A stretch of 64,000 bases of DNA from Octopus sinensis (lineage: Eukaryota): contig NC_043003.1 of NCBI RefSeq assembly GCF_006345805.1, positions 88,846,001-88,910,000 on the forward strand, read 5' to 3'. Each line of letters opens with the position of its first letter. Position 1 is the stretch's first letter. The notes beneath the pieces were generated by a model. The model was given only the letters and a program-made list of their open reading frames with translations. It was not told where the DNA came from and did no database searches. Below, in pieces: positions 37,857 through 51,906 of this stretch. Position numbers and translations under genes: made by a program.

Positions 37857-38400
37857 CATCTCCTGCTCTCTCTGCCATTCCCTGTACATCGGACAAACGG
37901 GACGCCGCTTGGCTGACCGGTTCGCGGAACACCTCCGAGACATTCGCCTTGCCAACGACACACCAGTCTCACGCCATTTCCGCTCCACCGGTCACTCCTT
38001 GCAACACCTGTCTGTGTTCGGATTGTCCTTGCACAGAGGCTATCCGGATTCCCGTTTGTGCCGTGAACAGGGATTAATCTTCTCTCTTCGCTCTTTTACG
38101 CCATTTGGTCTCAACTCTCCCCCCTTTTCATCTACCCCCATTTTTTTTTCATCTAACCTCCCCCCCGACTCCTACCTCTCTTCAGTCCTTCATCTTTTCA
38201 GCCCTACTCTCTTTCCCTCCTTTCCCTTCTTCCCTCTTCTTCTTTCTTCTTCCCTCTTCCCCCTCTCTCTTCCTCTCTGCTCCTTCACTCCCCTTCTCTC
38301 CAGTCTCCTCCTCCCCCTCATCTCCCTCTCCTCTCCTTTCCCCTCCTATTCCTCTCTTCTCCCCTCCGCCCACCCTTCCCCGGATTTCAACAGACAAATA
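37857..38400 (+). mobile_element. PLE GIY-YIG fragment of a second lineage with a pyrimidine-rich tail
   Basis: CISCSLCHSLYIGQTGRRLADRFAEH...HFRSTGH...REQGLI...GLN. Confidence 0.8.
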
Positions 38401-38734
38401 TTACTATAATGGAGAATTAAATGTATTTATTTATAAACTTTAAACTGAACTTCAATTGTTGTATAAACCTAACAGCGTGGTGGTACGTTAATAAACGGCA
38501 TAAATTAATGAAGGTATAAACCTGACGTAAATACACGTAATTGACGTACTTTCACTTCTGACAGCTAACAGCATGACAGTCTGGGTCAACAGTTCGTTTC
38601 CTCGGAGGATATGGAAATTCCTATTACTCGTCAGAGAAATAACTACAGCAGCTCACAACTATTTCAACAAAGACAAGGTTACCTGCTTACCAGTCGAATT
38701 CAGCGTCAACGCTCACGTATGAGAGAGACTCCAA

Positions 38735-39338
38735 CACACACACACACACACATATATACATATATATAGATATATAATGTGTGCATTATGTGGTCGGTCG
38801 GTTCAGCTGAAAATATGCAGACCTATGTTAAAAGATGCTGGCAAGTTTGCATGACAACTATTTTTTTTCATAAAATGAAACGCGTTACTTCTAGGACAAA
38901 ATTCCTCATCTTATAAAATATGGCCCCAGTACACCCGAATCAAATCGGGTTATATTAACCAAAATGTGAAAAGGGGTCTAAATGGGGCTGGAAGGGGATT
39001 AGAATTTAAAGGAGCGAGTGTTTATGAATTCTCTGTTACATCAATGCGTTCATTTATATGTGTGTGTTCTGTATATAAATACATATATATAATACATATA
39101 TATAAATACATATATATAATGTATATATACAAAGTGTATATATCTGTATTTATGTATATTAAACTTTTTAATACTTTTTGATAGTTATATATAATTTTTT
39201 TTTTTAATTTAAATAATTTACATTTTAAAATTTTATATTTTATATATTTTCTATATTATATTTTTATTTTTATGTTTTTGTTTTTGGTTTTTCACTGTTT
39301 AATTTGCCTATTAGTGACATTAACTCTAACTTCATTTA

Positions 39339-39370
<32 letters not shown>

Positions 39371-40001
39371 GTATATGTAATGCGTGCACACACACACACC
39401 ACACACACACACATATATACATATATATAGATATATAATGTGTGCATTATGTGGTCGGTCGGTTCAGCTGAAAATATGCAGACCTATGTTAAAAGATGCT
39501 GGCAAGTTTGCATGACAACTATTTTTTTTCATAAAATGAAACGCGTTACTTCTAGGACAAAATTCCTCATCTTATAAAATATGGCCCCAGTACACCCGAA
39601 TCAAATCGGGTTATATTAACCAAAATGTGAAAAGGGGTCTAAATGGGGCTGGAAGGGGATTAGAATTTAAAGGAGCGAGTGTTTATGAATTCTCTGTTAC
39701 ATCAATGCGTTCATTTATATATGTGTGTGTTCTGTATATAAATACATATATATAAATACATATATATAAATACATATATATAATGTATATATACAAAGTG
39801 TATATATCTGTATTTATGTATATTAAACTTTTTAATACTTTTTGATAGTTATATATAATTTTTTTTTTTAATTTAAATAATTTACATTTTAAAATTTTAT
39901 ATTTTATATATTTTCTATATTATATTTTTATTTTTATGTTTTTGTTTTTGGTTTTTCACTGTTTAATTTGCCTATTAGTGACATTAACTCTAACTTCATT
40001 T

Positions 40002-40036
<35 letters not shown>

Positions 40037-40052
40037 GTATATGTAATGCGTG

Positions 40053-40084
<32 letters not shown>

Positions 40085-40345
40085 CACACACACATATATA
40101 TATAATGTGTGCATTATGTGGTGGGTCGGTTCAGCTGAAAATATGCACACCTATGTTAAAAGTGCTGGCAAGTTTGCATGACAACTATTTTTTTCCTCAA
40201 ATGAAAGGCGTCACCTCTAGGACAAAATTCCTCATCTTATAAATGAAATCGGGTTATATTAACCAAAATGTGAAAAGGGGTCTAAATGGGGCTGGAAGGG
40301 GATTAAAATTTAAATGAGCGAGTGTTTAGGAATTCTCTGTTACAT
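38735..40345 (+). repeat. Tandem repeat of a unit of about 665 bp (2 near-identical copies plus 1 diverged partial copy)
   Basis: aatgtgtgcattatgtgg at 38776, 39437 and 40104. Confidence 0.93.
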
Positions 40346-40895
40346 CAAGCTAAAAAATTTGCACCAGCCTTTTAATCGTCAATGTGTTGCCGTCCATGAT
40401 GAAGAAGTTTTGAATGCTTGCTATGGTGAGTCTACTGTCGTGAGAAAGAATCACTTCAAAACTTGGTGTTTACGAATTTTCTTTTACAACAAGTTCAAAA
40501 TTTTATGCCAGCCGTTAAACTGTCAATATGTTGCTATCCATCGTTAAGAAATGCCAGCCATGGTGACTCTACTATCCTCAGATTCTATCCCTTCAAACTT
40601 TGCTTTCCAATATTTTATTATTTTTATTCAGCTCGCAAGTTCGTCTGTCCCTTTTAAATGTTAGCGTTTTGCTGTCTGCCTTGAAGCAGACCTTTCCGTT
40701 GCCACTGCCTGATATTTATGATTGATCTTTCTAAATATTTTATTTCTCAACTTACTCAAGATCTTTTGTTGTTTATAAATGGGAGAGAGAGAGATAAAGA
40801 TAGAGAGTAAGAGAAAGCGAGGGAGAGTCCGAGAGAAAGAAAAGTAAGAGAGTGGGAAAGTGAGAGAGAAAGGAGAGAGAAACAAAGAGGGAGAA

Positions 40896-41205
40896 TCATC
40901 ATCATCACCATCGTTTAACGTCTGTTTTCCGTGCTAGCACGGGTTGGACAGTTTGACTGGGGTCTGGGAGCCAGGAGGCTGCATCAGGCTCCAGTCTGAT
41001 CTGGCAGTGTTTCTACAGGTAGATGACCTTCCTAACGCCAACCAGTCTGTGAGTGTAGTGGGTGCTTTTTTCCTGCCGCCGGCACAGGTGCCAGGGGGGC
41101 TGGCAGCAGCAACAATCGGTTGGTGCTTTTTACGTGCCACCGGCACAGAAGCCAGTCAAGGCGGCGCTGCAATCGGCCACGTTCGGATGGTGCTTTTTAC
41201 GTGCT
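40896..41205 (-). mobile_element. RTE 3' UTR copy
   Basis: catcatcatcaccatcgtttaacgtc start; standard 3' UTR motifs. Confidence 0.88.
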
Positions 41206-41272
41206 TAAAGGAAGCAACAGAAAGTAACAACCACACTCTTACCCGCGCGTAGAGCGGGTCACCTTCAGCTAG
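41206..41272 (+). mobile_element. Helitron 3' terminus stub
   Basis: Hairpin ACCCGC-gcgtaga-GCGGGT (41241-41259), then CTAG|T at 41269-41272. Confidence 0.65.
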
Positions 41273-41274
41273 TA

Positions 41275-41309
<35 letters not shown>

Positions 41310-41310
41310 T

Positions 41311-41341
<31 letters not shown>

Positions 41342-41373
41342 TTATATATACATATATATAAATTTAGAATGAA

Positions 41374-41697
41374 ACACTGATGGTCCTCTGGAAAACTTTC
41401 ATCCTCAGCAGCGTGGACTACTGCTCCCAACTATGGTCACCAGACAATATGAAACTAATAGCAGAACTCGAAGCAATTCAGAGAAGCTACACAAAGAAGA
41501 TCGTCTCAATGCAACATATCAGCTACTGGGAAAGACTGAAAGTATTAAACCTCTTCTCCCTCGAGCGAAGGCGGGAGAGATATGCGGTGATATACATCTG
41601 GAAAATCCTGGAGGGTCTTGTCCCAAACTTTGGCATTCAAAGTTACCCCAACCACAGAATGGGGCGCCACTGCATGATGCCAAAGATTCCAACATCA

Positions 41698-41700
<3 letters not shown>
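41374..41700 (+). mobile_element. CR1-group LINE C-terminal fragment
   Basis: LVLWKTFILSSVDYCSQLWSP...SLERRRERYAVIY; close to 7140-7440 on the minus strand. Confidence 0.88.
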
Positions 41701-41743
<43 letters not shown>

Positions 41744-42149
41744 GGAGCTTCTACAGGACTAGAACTGTTTCATTCAAGAGAAATCTTCAGGAAGCTAGTT
41801 AACAAGAATTGTATTGGCATTTATACATTTAGGCAGGTTTAAAGGGTTGGTGGTGGGGGACTTTTTGAGGGTAGGCATAGCGCAAAAAAATCATACTTGG
41901 GGGAGTGGTCAAGGTGTCAGTGGTAAATTAGATAGAAGAATAAATAAAAGAATAAAAAAAGGGGAATAAAAAAATATATAGAAGAATAGAGTTTTAGGTA
42001 AATAAGGAAAATCTCACTTATACCTATACACATATGTATACATATATACACACACACACACACACATATACATACTCACATACATACACACACACCCATA
42101 TATATATATATATATATACATACACACATACACATACATACATATATCT

Positions 42150-42189
<40 letters not shown>

Positions 42190-42847
42190 ATATATACATA
42201 CACATATACATGCACATACATATACACACACACATGTATATATACACACACACACGACCACACATACACATACACACAAAAAAATATATACATACACACA
42301 CATACACATACACACATACACATATATCCACATACACACATGCACACACAACACACAAGTCCCTATATACTCATATTATATATATATATATATATACATA
42401 CATATGTGTACCTATTCATACCTACACATACACACATATATACATACAAATACAAACCCATTCCCTAATTTTAATTTTATTATCTTCATTTATTACTTTT
42501 GTTATCTTTGACCGCTGGTCACAAGCATCTTGGCTACGACATCTAGTCCCTTTTATCTTTCTACTTGAGCACAAGCACTCACTCACGCACGCACACTCGT
42601 TAGCACGCACACTCACTCATTCGTACACTCATACACATACATGCACGCGTTATATTCATACATACATACATCTACATACATACACGTATATACACATACG
42701 TACGCGTACCTACAGATTCATGTCTACAATCTTAGAAGACTAGTCTATACATATACACCAATAAATATATATACACACATACATATACACCTACATACAA
42801 ATACATACATACATATATATACACACACATATACATACACATACACA

Positions 42848-42886
<39 letters not shown>

Positions 42887-43031
42887 CATATCCACATACA
42901 TACATACATACATATATACACACATACACACACCCACACGTATACATATACATACATATACGCGCATGCATACACATACAAATACATACACATACACATA
43001 TACATACATACACATATTATATATATATATA

Positions 43032-43357
43032 TTTTTAAAGACTCCGCCGGTTACTACGACGAGGGTCCCAGCTGATACGATCAACGGAACAGCTTGCTCG
43101 TGAAATTAACGTGCAAATGGCTGAGCATTCCACAGACACGTGTACCCTTAACGTAGTTCTCAGGGATAATCAGCGTGACACAGAGAGTGACAAGGCTGAC
43201 CCTTTGAAATACAAGTACAACTCATTCTTGCCAGCTGAGTGGACTGGAGCAACGTGAAATAAAGTGTCTTGCTCAAGGATACAACGCGCCGCCGGGAATC
43301 GAACTCACAACCTTACGATCATGAGCCGAATGCCCTAACCACTAAGCCACGCGCCTT

Positions 43358-43360
<3 letters not shown>
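43032..43360 (-). mobile_element. tRNA-derived SINE, present only in the left arm of the inverted duplication
   Basis: A box tggcttagtgg, B box gttcgattccc, central ccttgagcaagacac...ccagtccactcagctg. Confidence 0.9.
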
Positions 43361-43399
<39 letters not shown>

Positions 43400-43692
43400 T
43401 ATACATACATACATACATATACATATATACACACACACATCCATACATACACATATACACATACACGCACACACACATATACATGCGTACCCATACACAC
43501 ACACACGCGCGCATCCATATATACACATAAGTACACACATGCGTAAAAGTATACATATATCTATGCTTACACATACACACACACACACGCCACTCCTTAT
43601 GTTCATACTTACATGCATACTCAAAAAATAAGTAATAAAATATATATACGTGCAGTTACCTATTATACAGACGGATACATACATATAAACTT

Positions 43693-43759
<67 letters not shown>

Positions 43760-43780
43760 CATGTATATATATATATATAT

Positions 43781-46700
43781 AGGCTACTTTCAAGCCTTCG
43801 CCATAACTTGATTTATCTTTCCTATCTCTCTCTCTACGAAATTTAACCTTAGGCTACCTCAAGCCGTAATCCCATCTTTCCCCATCTTTCCGCCAGCGGC
43901 GGTGCGCCCGCCCCCCCCCCCCCACCCCCACCACCAATACCAATGAACACTGTTCTCACCCCCACCACCAATACCGGTGAACACTGTTCTCACCCCCACC
44001 ACCAATACCGGTGAACACTGTTCTCACCCCCACCACCAATACCAGTATACCCTGTTCTCACCATCTACACCAGATACGCCCTACTCATCTGCACCGGATA
44101 CGCCCTACTCCCTCCTCCTCCCCCCACTACCCCTTCTCCTCATATGCTTTCACTGTGAAAAGACAAGCTGCTAGCGCCATAGCTCATCAACTTACGCTTC
44201 CTCCTGACACTGCCTCAATCCGACCATCCCCTTTTAGTACCCTCCCGCCTCGTAATATCCTACGTTTTTATTTCTTACGAACCTACACCAACCCTTCCTG
44301 CCATCGTTCCCCCTTACCCCAACCTTCCCCACTGGTTGCTCCCCTATATTACCCGCCTCAACTGGACCCCCCCTCCCCAACTCAACTCTAGAATATCTGT
44401 ATTTCTTTCCTCTACCTAATTACGTTACTCAGTGACGATAACGAATGTCCACTGCTAACACCAGCTCCTGCCCACGGCGTGGTCAGGTTGGAAGAGAGAT
44501 CAAAAGAAAAATACCACGAAAACTATCACCACCACAACAACCCTCCTCTTCTCAGGCGCCGAATCCCCCCCCCCCCCCACATCTCCTTCCCAGTTTTCAG
44601 AGTTGGCACTATCAATGTTGGTACATTGACAGGCAAGTCTAGTGAGATTGTAGAGATGCTAGAGAGAAGACAGGTTGATGTATGCTGCATACAAGAGGTA
44701 AGATGGAGAGATGCTTCGGCTAGGGTCCTCACGGGCAAGGCACTTAGGTACAACTCTACTGGCAAGGTAACGCGGAAGGTGTAGGGGGTGTAGGCATTCT
44801 CCTTGCGGAGGAATGGGTGGATAAGGTCATAGAGGTTGTCAGGTTTTGTGATAGTGCTTAAGCTCAGGTTGGTCCTACAGAGTGGCACAGCTATGATTAT
44901 CTCAGCCTATGCCCCACAAGCGGGACTACCAATGATCAGAAGGACAACTTTTATGATACCCTTCTGCAGGCTACTTCAAAGACTAGTAACAAGGACCTCA
45001 TCTTTGTAGGTGGAGATTTTAATGGGCATGTTGGGCGGGAATCGGGTATCTTCACTGGGGTACATGGTGGCTATGGTATTGGCACCAGAAATGATGAGGG
45101 AACTAGACTGCTGGAATTCTGTGATGCATGTAACCTTTCAATCTGCAACACTAACTTCAAGAAGCCAGTCTGCCACCTTATAACTTATCAGTCAGGAGAC
45201 TCCGCTAGCCAAATAGACTTCATCCTCACCAGACAACGGGATGCAGGGTTGCTCTTGAATACAAAGACCCTCCCGGGTGAAGAATGTATCCCTCAGCATA
45301 GACTAATCATCAGTGACTTTAAGCTTGAGGCCAGAAGGACTCCAAGAAACAAACCATCCAGAAAAGAAGGATTTGGAGGCTAAAGAACCCTTCGCATGGT
45401 CAGAAATTTAGGGACATACTCATCAAGAAATTTGATGAGAGGGAGGAGGAGCTTCAGACGTCAGACATAGAAGGTAGCTGGGAATTCCTACGGAACAGCT
45501 TGTTGAGTGCCACAGACCAAGTCTGTGGATGGTGCAAAGTCCCTTCCAGACCTAGAATTACGTGGTGGTGGAATAGTGCAGTAGATAAAGCCATCTGTGA
45601 AAAGAGACGGGCCTGGAAAGCCTGGAAGGATGGGGGCAGCAGGGAACTGTACCAGATTGCCAAAAGGGAGGCTGGGCGGCAGGTATACATTGCCAAAGAT
45701 GTAGCAGAAAAGAAGAAGTTTGCCAATGTCCAGCGTCGCGAGGATCAAAGAGCTGAAGTATTTCGGATTGCCAGACAGTGTGTCAGAGAAAATAGCGATG
45801 TTATAGGAGAGAAATGTGTCCGCATGGATGATGGGGCACTTGCTTTTACTACTAGTGAAAAGAAAGAGGCTTGGAGAAGCCATTATGAAAGACTGCTGAA
45901 TGAGGAGAATGAATGGGAGGAGGAGAGCCTGCCAAATGTTGACCCAGTAGAGGGACCAGCTACCCGAATAGACAGCTACCTTGTAGATAAGGCAATTAAG
46001 GATATGAAACCAGGCAAAGCCCCTGGCCTATCAGGAATCACTGCTGAGATGCTTAAAACAGCTGGCTATGTGGCTATGCCATAGTCACCCGCATTGTAAA
46101 CCAGGTAGTTCACAATGGAGTCATACCAATGACTGGTGCAGCAGCACCATAGTCAACTGCTACAAGGGTAAGGGTGATGCTCTAGATAGAAATAACTACA
46201 GAGGTATCAAACTGTTGGACCAGGTGATGAAGGTCTCAGAGAAGGTCATAACCAATCTCATTAGGGAGAGAATTTGTTTAGATGAAATGCAGTTCGGTTT
46301 TGTACCAGGTAGAAGCACCACTGATGCTATATTCCTGGTCCGACAACTGCAGGAGAAGTACCTAGCTAAAGATAAACCCCTCTACATAGCTTTTGTAGAC
46401 TTGGAGAAAGCCTTTGACAGGGTTCCCCGTTCCCTTATCTGGTGGTCGATGCGGAAACTGGAGATTGAAGAATGGCTAATAAGGGCTGTACAGGCTCTAT
46501 ACAGAGAGGCTGTCAGCAAGGTTAGGATTGGCAACGAATATAGTGAAGAATTCCGGGTAGAAGTAGGTGTGCACCAGGGCTCAGCCCTCAGTCCCCTTTT
46601 ATTCATCATAGTCGTTCAGGCAATAACAGAGGAATTCAAAACGGGATGCCCCTGGGAGCTCCTCTATGCCGATGACCTAGCTCTCATAGCAGAATCACTA

Positions 46701-47974
46701 CCGGAACTAGAAGAGAATTTTCGGTGTGGAAGCAAGGGTTGGAATCAAAGGGCCTTAGAATAAATGTAGCAAAGACCAAAGTATTAGTAAGCAGCAAGAG
46801 GTACTCAGCACACATCCCCTCGGGTAGGTGGCCCTGCTCAACCTGTAGGGAAGGTACAGGTAGAAACTCCATAAGATGCACCCAATGTAAGTTATGGACA
46901 CATAAGGGTGCAGCAACATTAAAGGAAATTAACAGATAAGATAGCTTTCATGTGCGGCAGATGCACAGGGACAATAGACACAACAGACACTCAGAAACAG
47001 ATTCCATCACACTCCAGGGAGAGAAACTAGAAGTAGTTGATAGTTTCCGCTACCTGGGTGACCAAGTTAGTAGCGGAGGTGGATGCACAGAGTATCACCA
47101 CTAGAATACGAATAGCCTGGGCAAAGTTCAGAAAGCTCCTACCCCTACTGGCAACAAAAGGTCTCTCCCTCAGAGCAAAAGGTAGATTGTATGATGCATG
47201 TGTGCGAACTGCCATGCTTCACGGTAATGAAACATGGGCTGTGACTGCAGAAGACATGCGTAGACTTGAAAGAAATGAAGCTAGCATGATCCGCTGGATG
47301 TGTAGTGTCAGTGTGCATGCAAAACAGAGTGTAAGTATCCTGAGAGAAATGCTGGATATAAGAAGCATCAGATGTGGTGTGCAAGAGCGACGCTTGCGAT
47401 GGTATGGTCAGGTGCTGCGGATGGATGAAGAGAGATGTGTGAAGAAGTGCCACTCCCAAACAGTTGAAGGTATCAGGGGGAGAGGTAGACCCAGGAAGAC
47501 ATGGGATGAGGTGGTCAAGCATGACCTCAGAGCATTGGACCTCACTGAGGCAATGGCGAAGGACCGAGATCTCTGGAGATATGCTGTGACTACAAAGACC
47601 CGGGCTGCTTTCTGCAGCAATTCCACATACACCCTACCCATTCTAAGTACCCCGGATCCCCAAAGTACACTGGATCCCCAAAGTACCCCGATCCCCAAAG
47701 TACCCCGGACCTCGTTGCCCCCGTGCCGCTGACACGTTAAAATGCTCGAACCGATCGTGACGATGCCGGACCCTCCGGCCCCTGTGCAGGTGGCACGTAA
47801 AAAGCACCCAATCCACTCACGGAGTGGTTGGCGTTAGGAAGGGCATCCAGCCGTAGAAACTCTGCCAGATTCAGACTGGAGCCTGGAGCGGCCCCTGGCT
47901 TCCCAGACCCGGTCGAACCGTCCAACCCGTGCTAGCGCGGAAAGCGGACGTTAAACGATGATGATGATGATGAT
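43781..47974 (+). mobile_element. RTE LINE copy 4, full length, frameshifted, present only in the left arm
   Basis: 5' leader with 4 x 34-bp repeat (43928-44062), APE, RT and (GAT)n tail; absent from the mirrored TA tract at about 52330-52385. Confidence 0.93.
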
Positions 47975-48256
47975 ATATGTGTACACATACTTACACATAT
48001 GTACATATACATACACACATACATAACTCTACGTACCTACATATACCTAAACACACGAGCGTACACGTATATGTACATATACACATACACATACACACGC
48101 ATATATACATACATACACATACATACACGCACATATACACATATATACATATATATATATATACATATATATACACATATATATATATATATATACATAT
48201 ACACACATACACACATATATACATACATATACATACACACACATACACATACACAC

Positions 48257-48296
<40 letters not shown>

Positions 48297-48461
48297 ACAT
48301 ATATATACATATACACATACATACATACACATACATATACATATACACACATACACACACACACATACACACACACACATACATATATACACACCCACAC
48401 ACATACATATACATACACACATACATACACACATATATATACACACACATACATATATACA

Positions 48462-48524
<63 letters not shown>

Positions 48525-48597
48525 CATGTGTGCAAACATACATACATACTCATACACACTCACACACTTACATATACATATATACACACACTTACAC

Positions 48598-48629
<32 letters not shown>

Positions 48630-48799
48630 ACATACATACATATAAATATATATATATATATTACATATATATACACACATATCTATACACACATACACAT
48701 ATTTACACATACACACACATATTCACATATAATATATATAATATATATATATATATATATTATACACATACCACACATATAATATATATACATATATAC

Positions 48800-48837
<38 letters not shown>

Positions 48838-49028
48838 TATATATACATACACATATATATATACCCACACCTACACATACACACATATATATATACATAT
48901 ATACATACATATACACACATACACACACACACACATATATATGTGTACATACATACACATACATATACATATACACATGCACATACGTATAACTCTACAT
49001 ACCCACATATACATATATATATATACAC

Positions 49029-49059
<31 letters not shown>

Positions 49060-49563
49060 TATATATACATATATATACACGTACATATACACACACATAT
49101 ATATACCCATCTACAATCTGTATATACACACACATACATGCACATACACATAACTCTACATACCTACATATACATCGACATACTCGCGTACACTCATATA
49201 TATATGAGTGTATATATGAGTGTACGCGAGTATGTCGATGTATATGTAGGTATGTAGAGTTATGTGTATGTGCATGTATGTGTGTGTATATACAGATTGT
49301 AGATGGGTATATATATGTGTGTGTATATGTACGTGTATATGTATGTATATATATGTGTGTGTATATGTGTATATATATATATGTATATGTGGGTATGTAG
49401 AGTTATACGTATGTGCATGTGTATATGTATATGTATATGTATATGTATGTGTATGTATGTACACATATATATGTGTGTGTGTGTGTATGTGTGTATATGT
49501 ATGCATATATGTATATATATATGTGTGTATGTATAGGTGGGGGGTATATATAGTATGTGTTTG

Positions 49564-49602
<39 letters not shown>

Positions 49603-49628
49603 GTATATATGTATATACATATATATAT

Positions 49629-49697
<69 letters not shown>

Positions 49698-49751
49698 AAT
49701 ATGTGTGTGTATGTGTAAATATGTGTATGTGTGTATAGATATGTGTGTATA

Positions 49752-49782
<31 letters not shown>

Positions 49783-50080
49783 GTATGTATGATAGTATAT
49801 ATATATATATATATGTGTGTGTGTAAGTGTGTGTATATACGTATATGTAAGTGTGTGAGTGTGTATGAGTATGTATGTATGTTTGCACACATGTATATGT
49901 ATATATATGTATATATATATATGTGTATATATGTATGTGTGTGTATATATATGTGTGTATGTATGTGTGTATGTATATGTATGTGTGTGGGTGTGTATAT
50001 ATGTATGTGTGTGTGTGTATGTGTGTATATGTATATGTATGTGTATGTATGTATGTGTATATGTATATATATGTATATGC

Positions 50081-50120
<40 letters not shown>

Positions 50121-50303
50121 AAATAATAAATATTAGGGAATAAATCCAAAATTTACAGGGAAAAGAAATCAGATTTAGGATTAAATCCAATTTTATAGTA
50201 AAATATTATAAAATATTATTAGAGACAAAACCACTATTTTGCAAAACAAACAAGGAAAGACTTAATCAATACATAAAATTTTAATAAATAGTCAAAAAAA
50301 CCG

Positions 50304-50346
50304 CCACTACAATCGTTTCTTGTCTTGATCGACAATCTTCAGGTGG
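50304..50346 (-). ncRNA. Minimal type I hammerhead ribozyme motif, canonical copy
   Basis: Minus strand ccac-CTGAAGA-ttgtc-gatcaa-gacaa-GAAAC-gatt-GTA-gtgg. Confidence 0.8.
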
Positions 50347-50988
50347 ACTTCCAATCAAATACTGTAATATTGAACATGCTTCTATGGTAACCAGTACTGC
50401 AAATAATGCTCATGTTGTCTTCAGCTAAACTGACATTGGTTATACTCAATGTGCAGATTTTCTCTTGGCAACTAGTTTCTTGATGGCTACCAAAATATTT
50501 AGGAAAATTTTCGTTATTTACTCCACTGTATTTAGCAATAATTGTTCCATTTCCAGTAAACCAAAATCTTGTACCACCACTAACATTGCATTTCAATGTG
50601 AATTTTTTATCCTTTATGGCATTTGGTGTTTCATAACTTGGGTTAAGATTCCCATTGTCATTGAATAATGGTCTTGCATAAAATCTTGTCTTCTCACCAG
50701 AGGTGCTTTCACAAACAATTGTTTGCCCAATATTTTGAAGAAGTGTGATGTTTATGATTCTGACATTGTTAGGAAGCACATTTGCTTCAAAGTTTTCAGT
50801 TTTAGCAGTTCCGCTAATGATGTTCCATCAATTTGCCAGTGTTGGAGGTTTTGCTTTTCAAAAGGACATTCAAAAGTGACTGATTGATTCGCCCTGGGAA
50901 ATTTTGTACCACCCTCAATTATTCCAAGAGAAACACAGAAGCATTGTGCAAGGAACAAGTATTTCAAATATAACGGGTTAAATTCCAT
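50339..50988 (-). pseudogene. Mirror copy of the Ig ORF with a 1-bp deletion frameshift (possible sequencing error)
   Basis: ggaac versus ggaaac (50823-50824 versus 51420-51422); otherwise the same translation. Confidence 0.75.
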
Positions 50989-51255
50989 TATATGCAGGTG
51001 AAGCTTCACATGGGGCTACTTGCTTGGTAAAATCTTCTCCTCCATTAATCAACCTTTTTCTCCGTTAATTAAATTTTAAAACAAAAAACTTTTTCCGTTG
51101 AATTTTTCCAGCGTCTTCCAAAATGGAAGACGCTGGAAAAATTCAACGGAAAAAGTTTTTTGTTTTAAAATTTAATTAACGGAGAAAAAGGTTGATTAAT
51201 GGAGGAGAAGATTTTACCAAGCAAGTAGCCCCATGTGAAGCTTCACCTGCATATA

Positions 51256-51906
51256 ATGGAATTTAACCCGTTATATTTGAAATACTTGTTCCTTGCACAA
51301 TGCTTCTGTGTTTCTCTTGGAATAATTGAGGGTGGTACAAAATTTCCCAGGGCGAATCAATCAGTCACTTTTGAATGTCCTTTTGAAAAGCAAAACCTCC
51401 AACACTGGCAAATTGATGGAAACATCATTAGCGGAACTGCTAAAACTGAAAACTTTGAAGCAAATGTGCTTCCTAACAATGTCAGAATCATAAACATCAC
51501 ACTTCTTCAAAATATTGGGCAAACAATTGTTTGTGAAAGCACCTCTGGTGAGAAGACAAGATTTTATGCAAGACCATTATTCAATGACAATGGGAATCTT
51601 AACCCAAGTTATGAAACACCAAATGCCATAAAGGATAAAAAATTCACATTGAAATGCAATGTTAGTGGTGGTACAAGATTTTGGTTTACTGGAAATGGAA
51701 CAATTATTGCTAAATACAGTGGAGTAAATAACGAAAATTTTCCTAAATATTTTGGTAGCCATCAAGAAACTAGTTGCCAAGAGAAAATCTGCACATTGAG
51801 TATAACCAATGTCAGTTTAGCTGAAGACAACATGAGCATTATTTGCAGTACTGGTTACCATAGAAGCATGTTCAATATTACAGTATTTGATTGGAAGTCC
51901 ACCTGA
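51256..51906 (+). CDS. Intronless secreted-type protein: signal peptide plus two Ig-like domains, 216 aa
   Basis: ATG in context ataATGg (the track's 51235 start is GTG); hydrophobic leader; C-x9-W-x41-C and C-x8-W-x53-C with LSITNVSLAED..IIC; 7 N-x-S/T sequons. Confidence 0.7.
   Translation: MEFNPLYLKYLFLAQCFCVSLGIIEGGTKFPRANQSVTFECPFEKQNLQHWQIDGNIISGTAKTENFEANVLPNNVRIINITLLQNIGQTIVCESTSGEKTRFYARPLFNDNGNLNPSYETPNAIKDKKFTLKCNVSGGTRFWFTGNGTIIAKYSGVNNENFPKYFGSHQETSCQEKICTLSITNVSLAEDNMSIICSTGYHRSMFNITVFDWKST

Noticed and set aside
38105-38443. S/P/L/F-rich ORFs and the antisense E/G/R/K-rich ORF (also 40661-40885)
   Set aside because: Low-complexity CT/GA tracts.
38585-38640. CTGACGAG...GAAAC on the minus strand
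   Set aside because: No convincing helix I or closing pair for helix II.
43330-43360. tRNA gene calls for the SINE heads (also 54450, 56500, 3100 and 21840)
   Set aside because: A and B boxes are present, but the sequences run into SINE bodies and no full cloverleaf could be built.
43928-44062. CRISPR-like appearance of the 34-bp repeats and of the RTE 3' UTR repeats of about 58 bp
   Set aside because: They are contiguous tandem units without unique spacers, in a eukaryotic retroelement context with no cas genes.
51061-51180. Possibility that the Ig palindrome is purely a fold-back read artefact
   Set aside because: Not excluded, but disfavoured: the unit has an asymmetric terminus, a candidate TSD and an empty site in the opposite arm, and the flanks do not continue as a mirror about 51122.
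51235-51255. ORF-track start of the Ig protein at 51235 (223 aa)
   Set aside because: That codon is GTG. The first in-frame ATG, in good context and directly before the hydrophobic leader, is at 51256.
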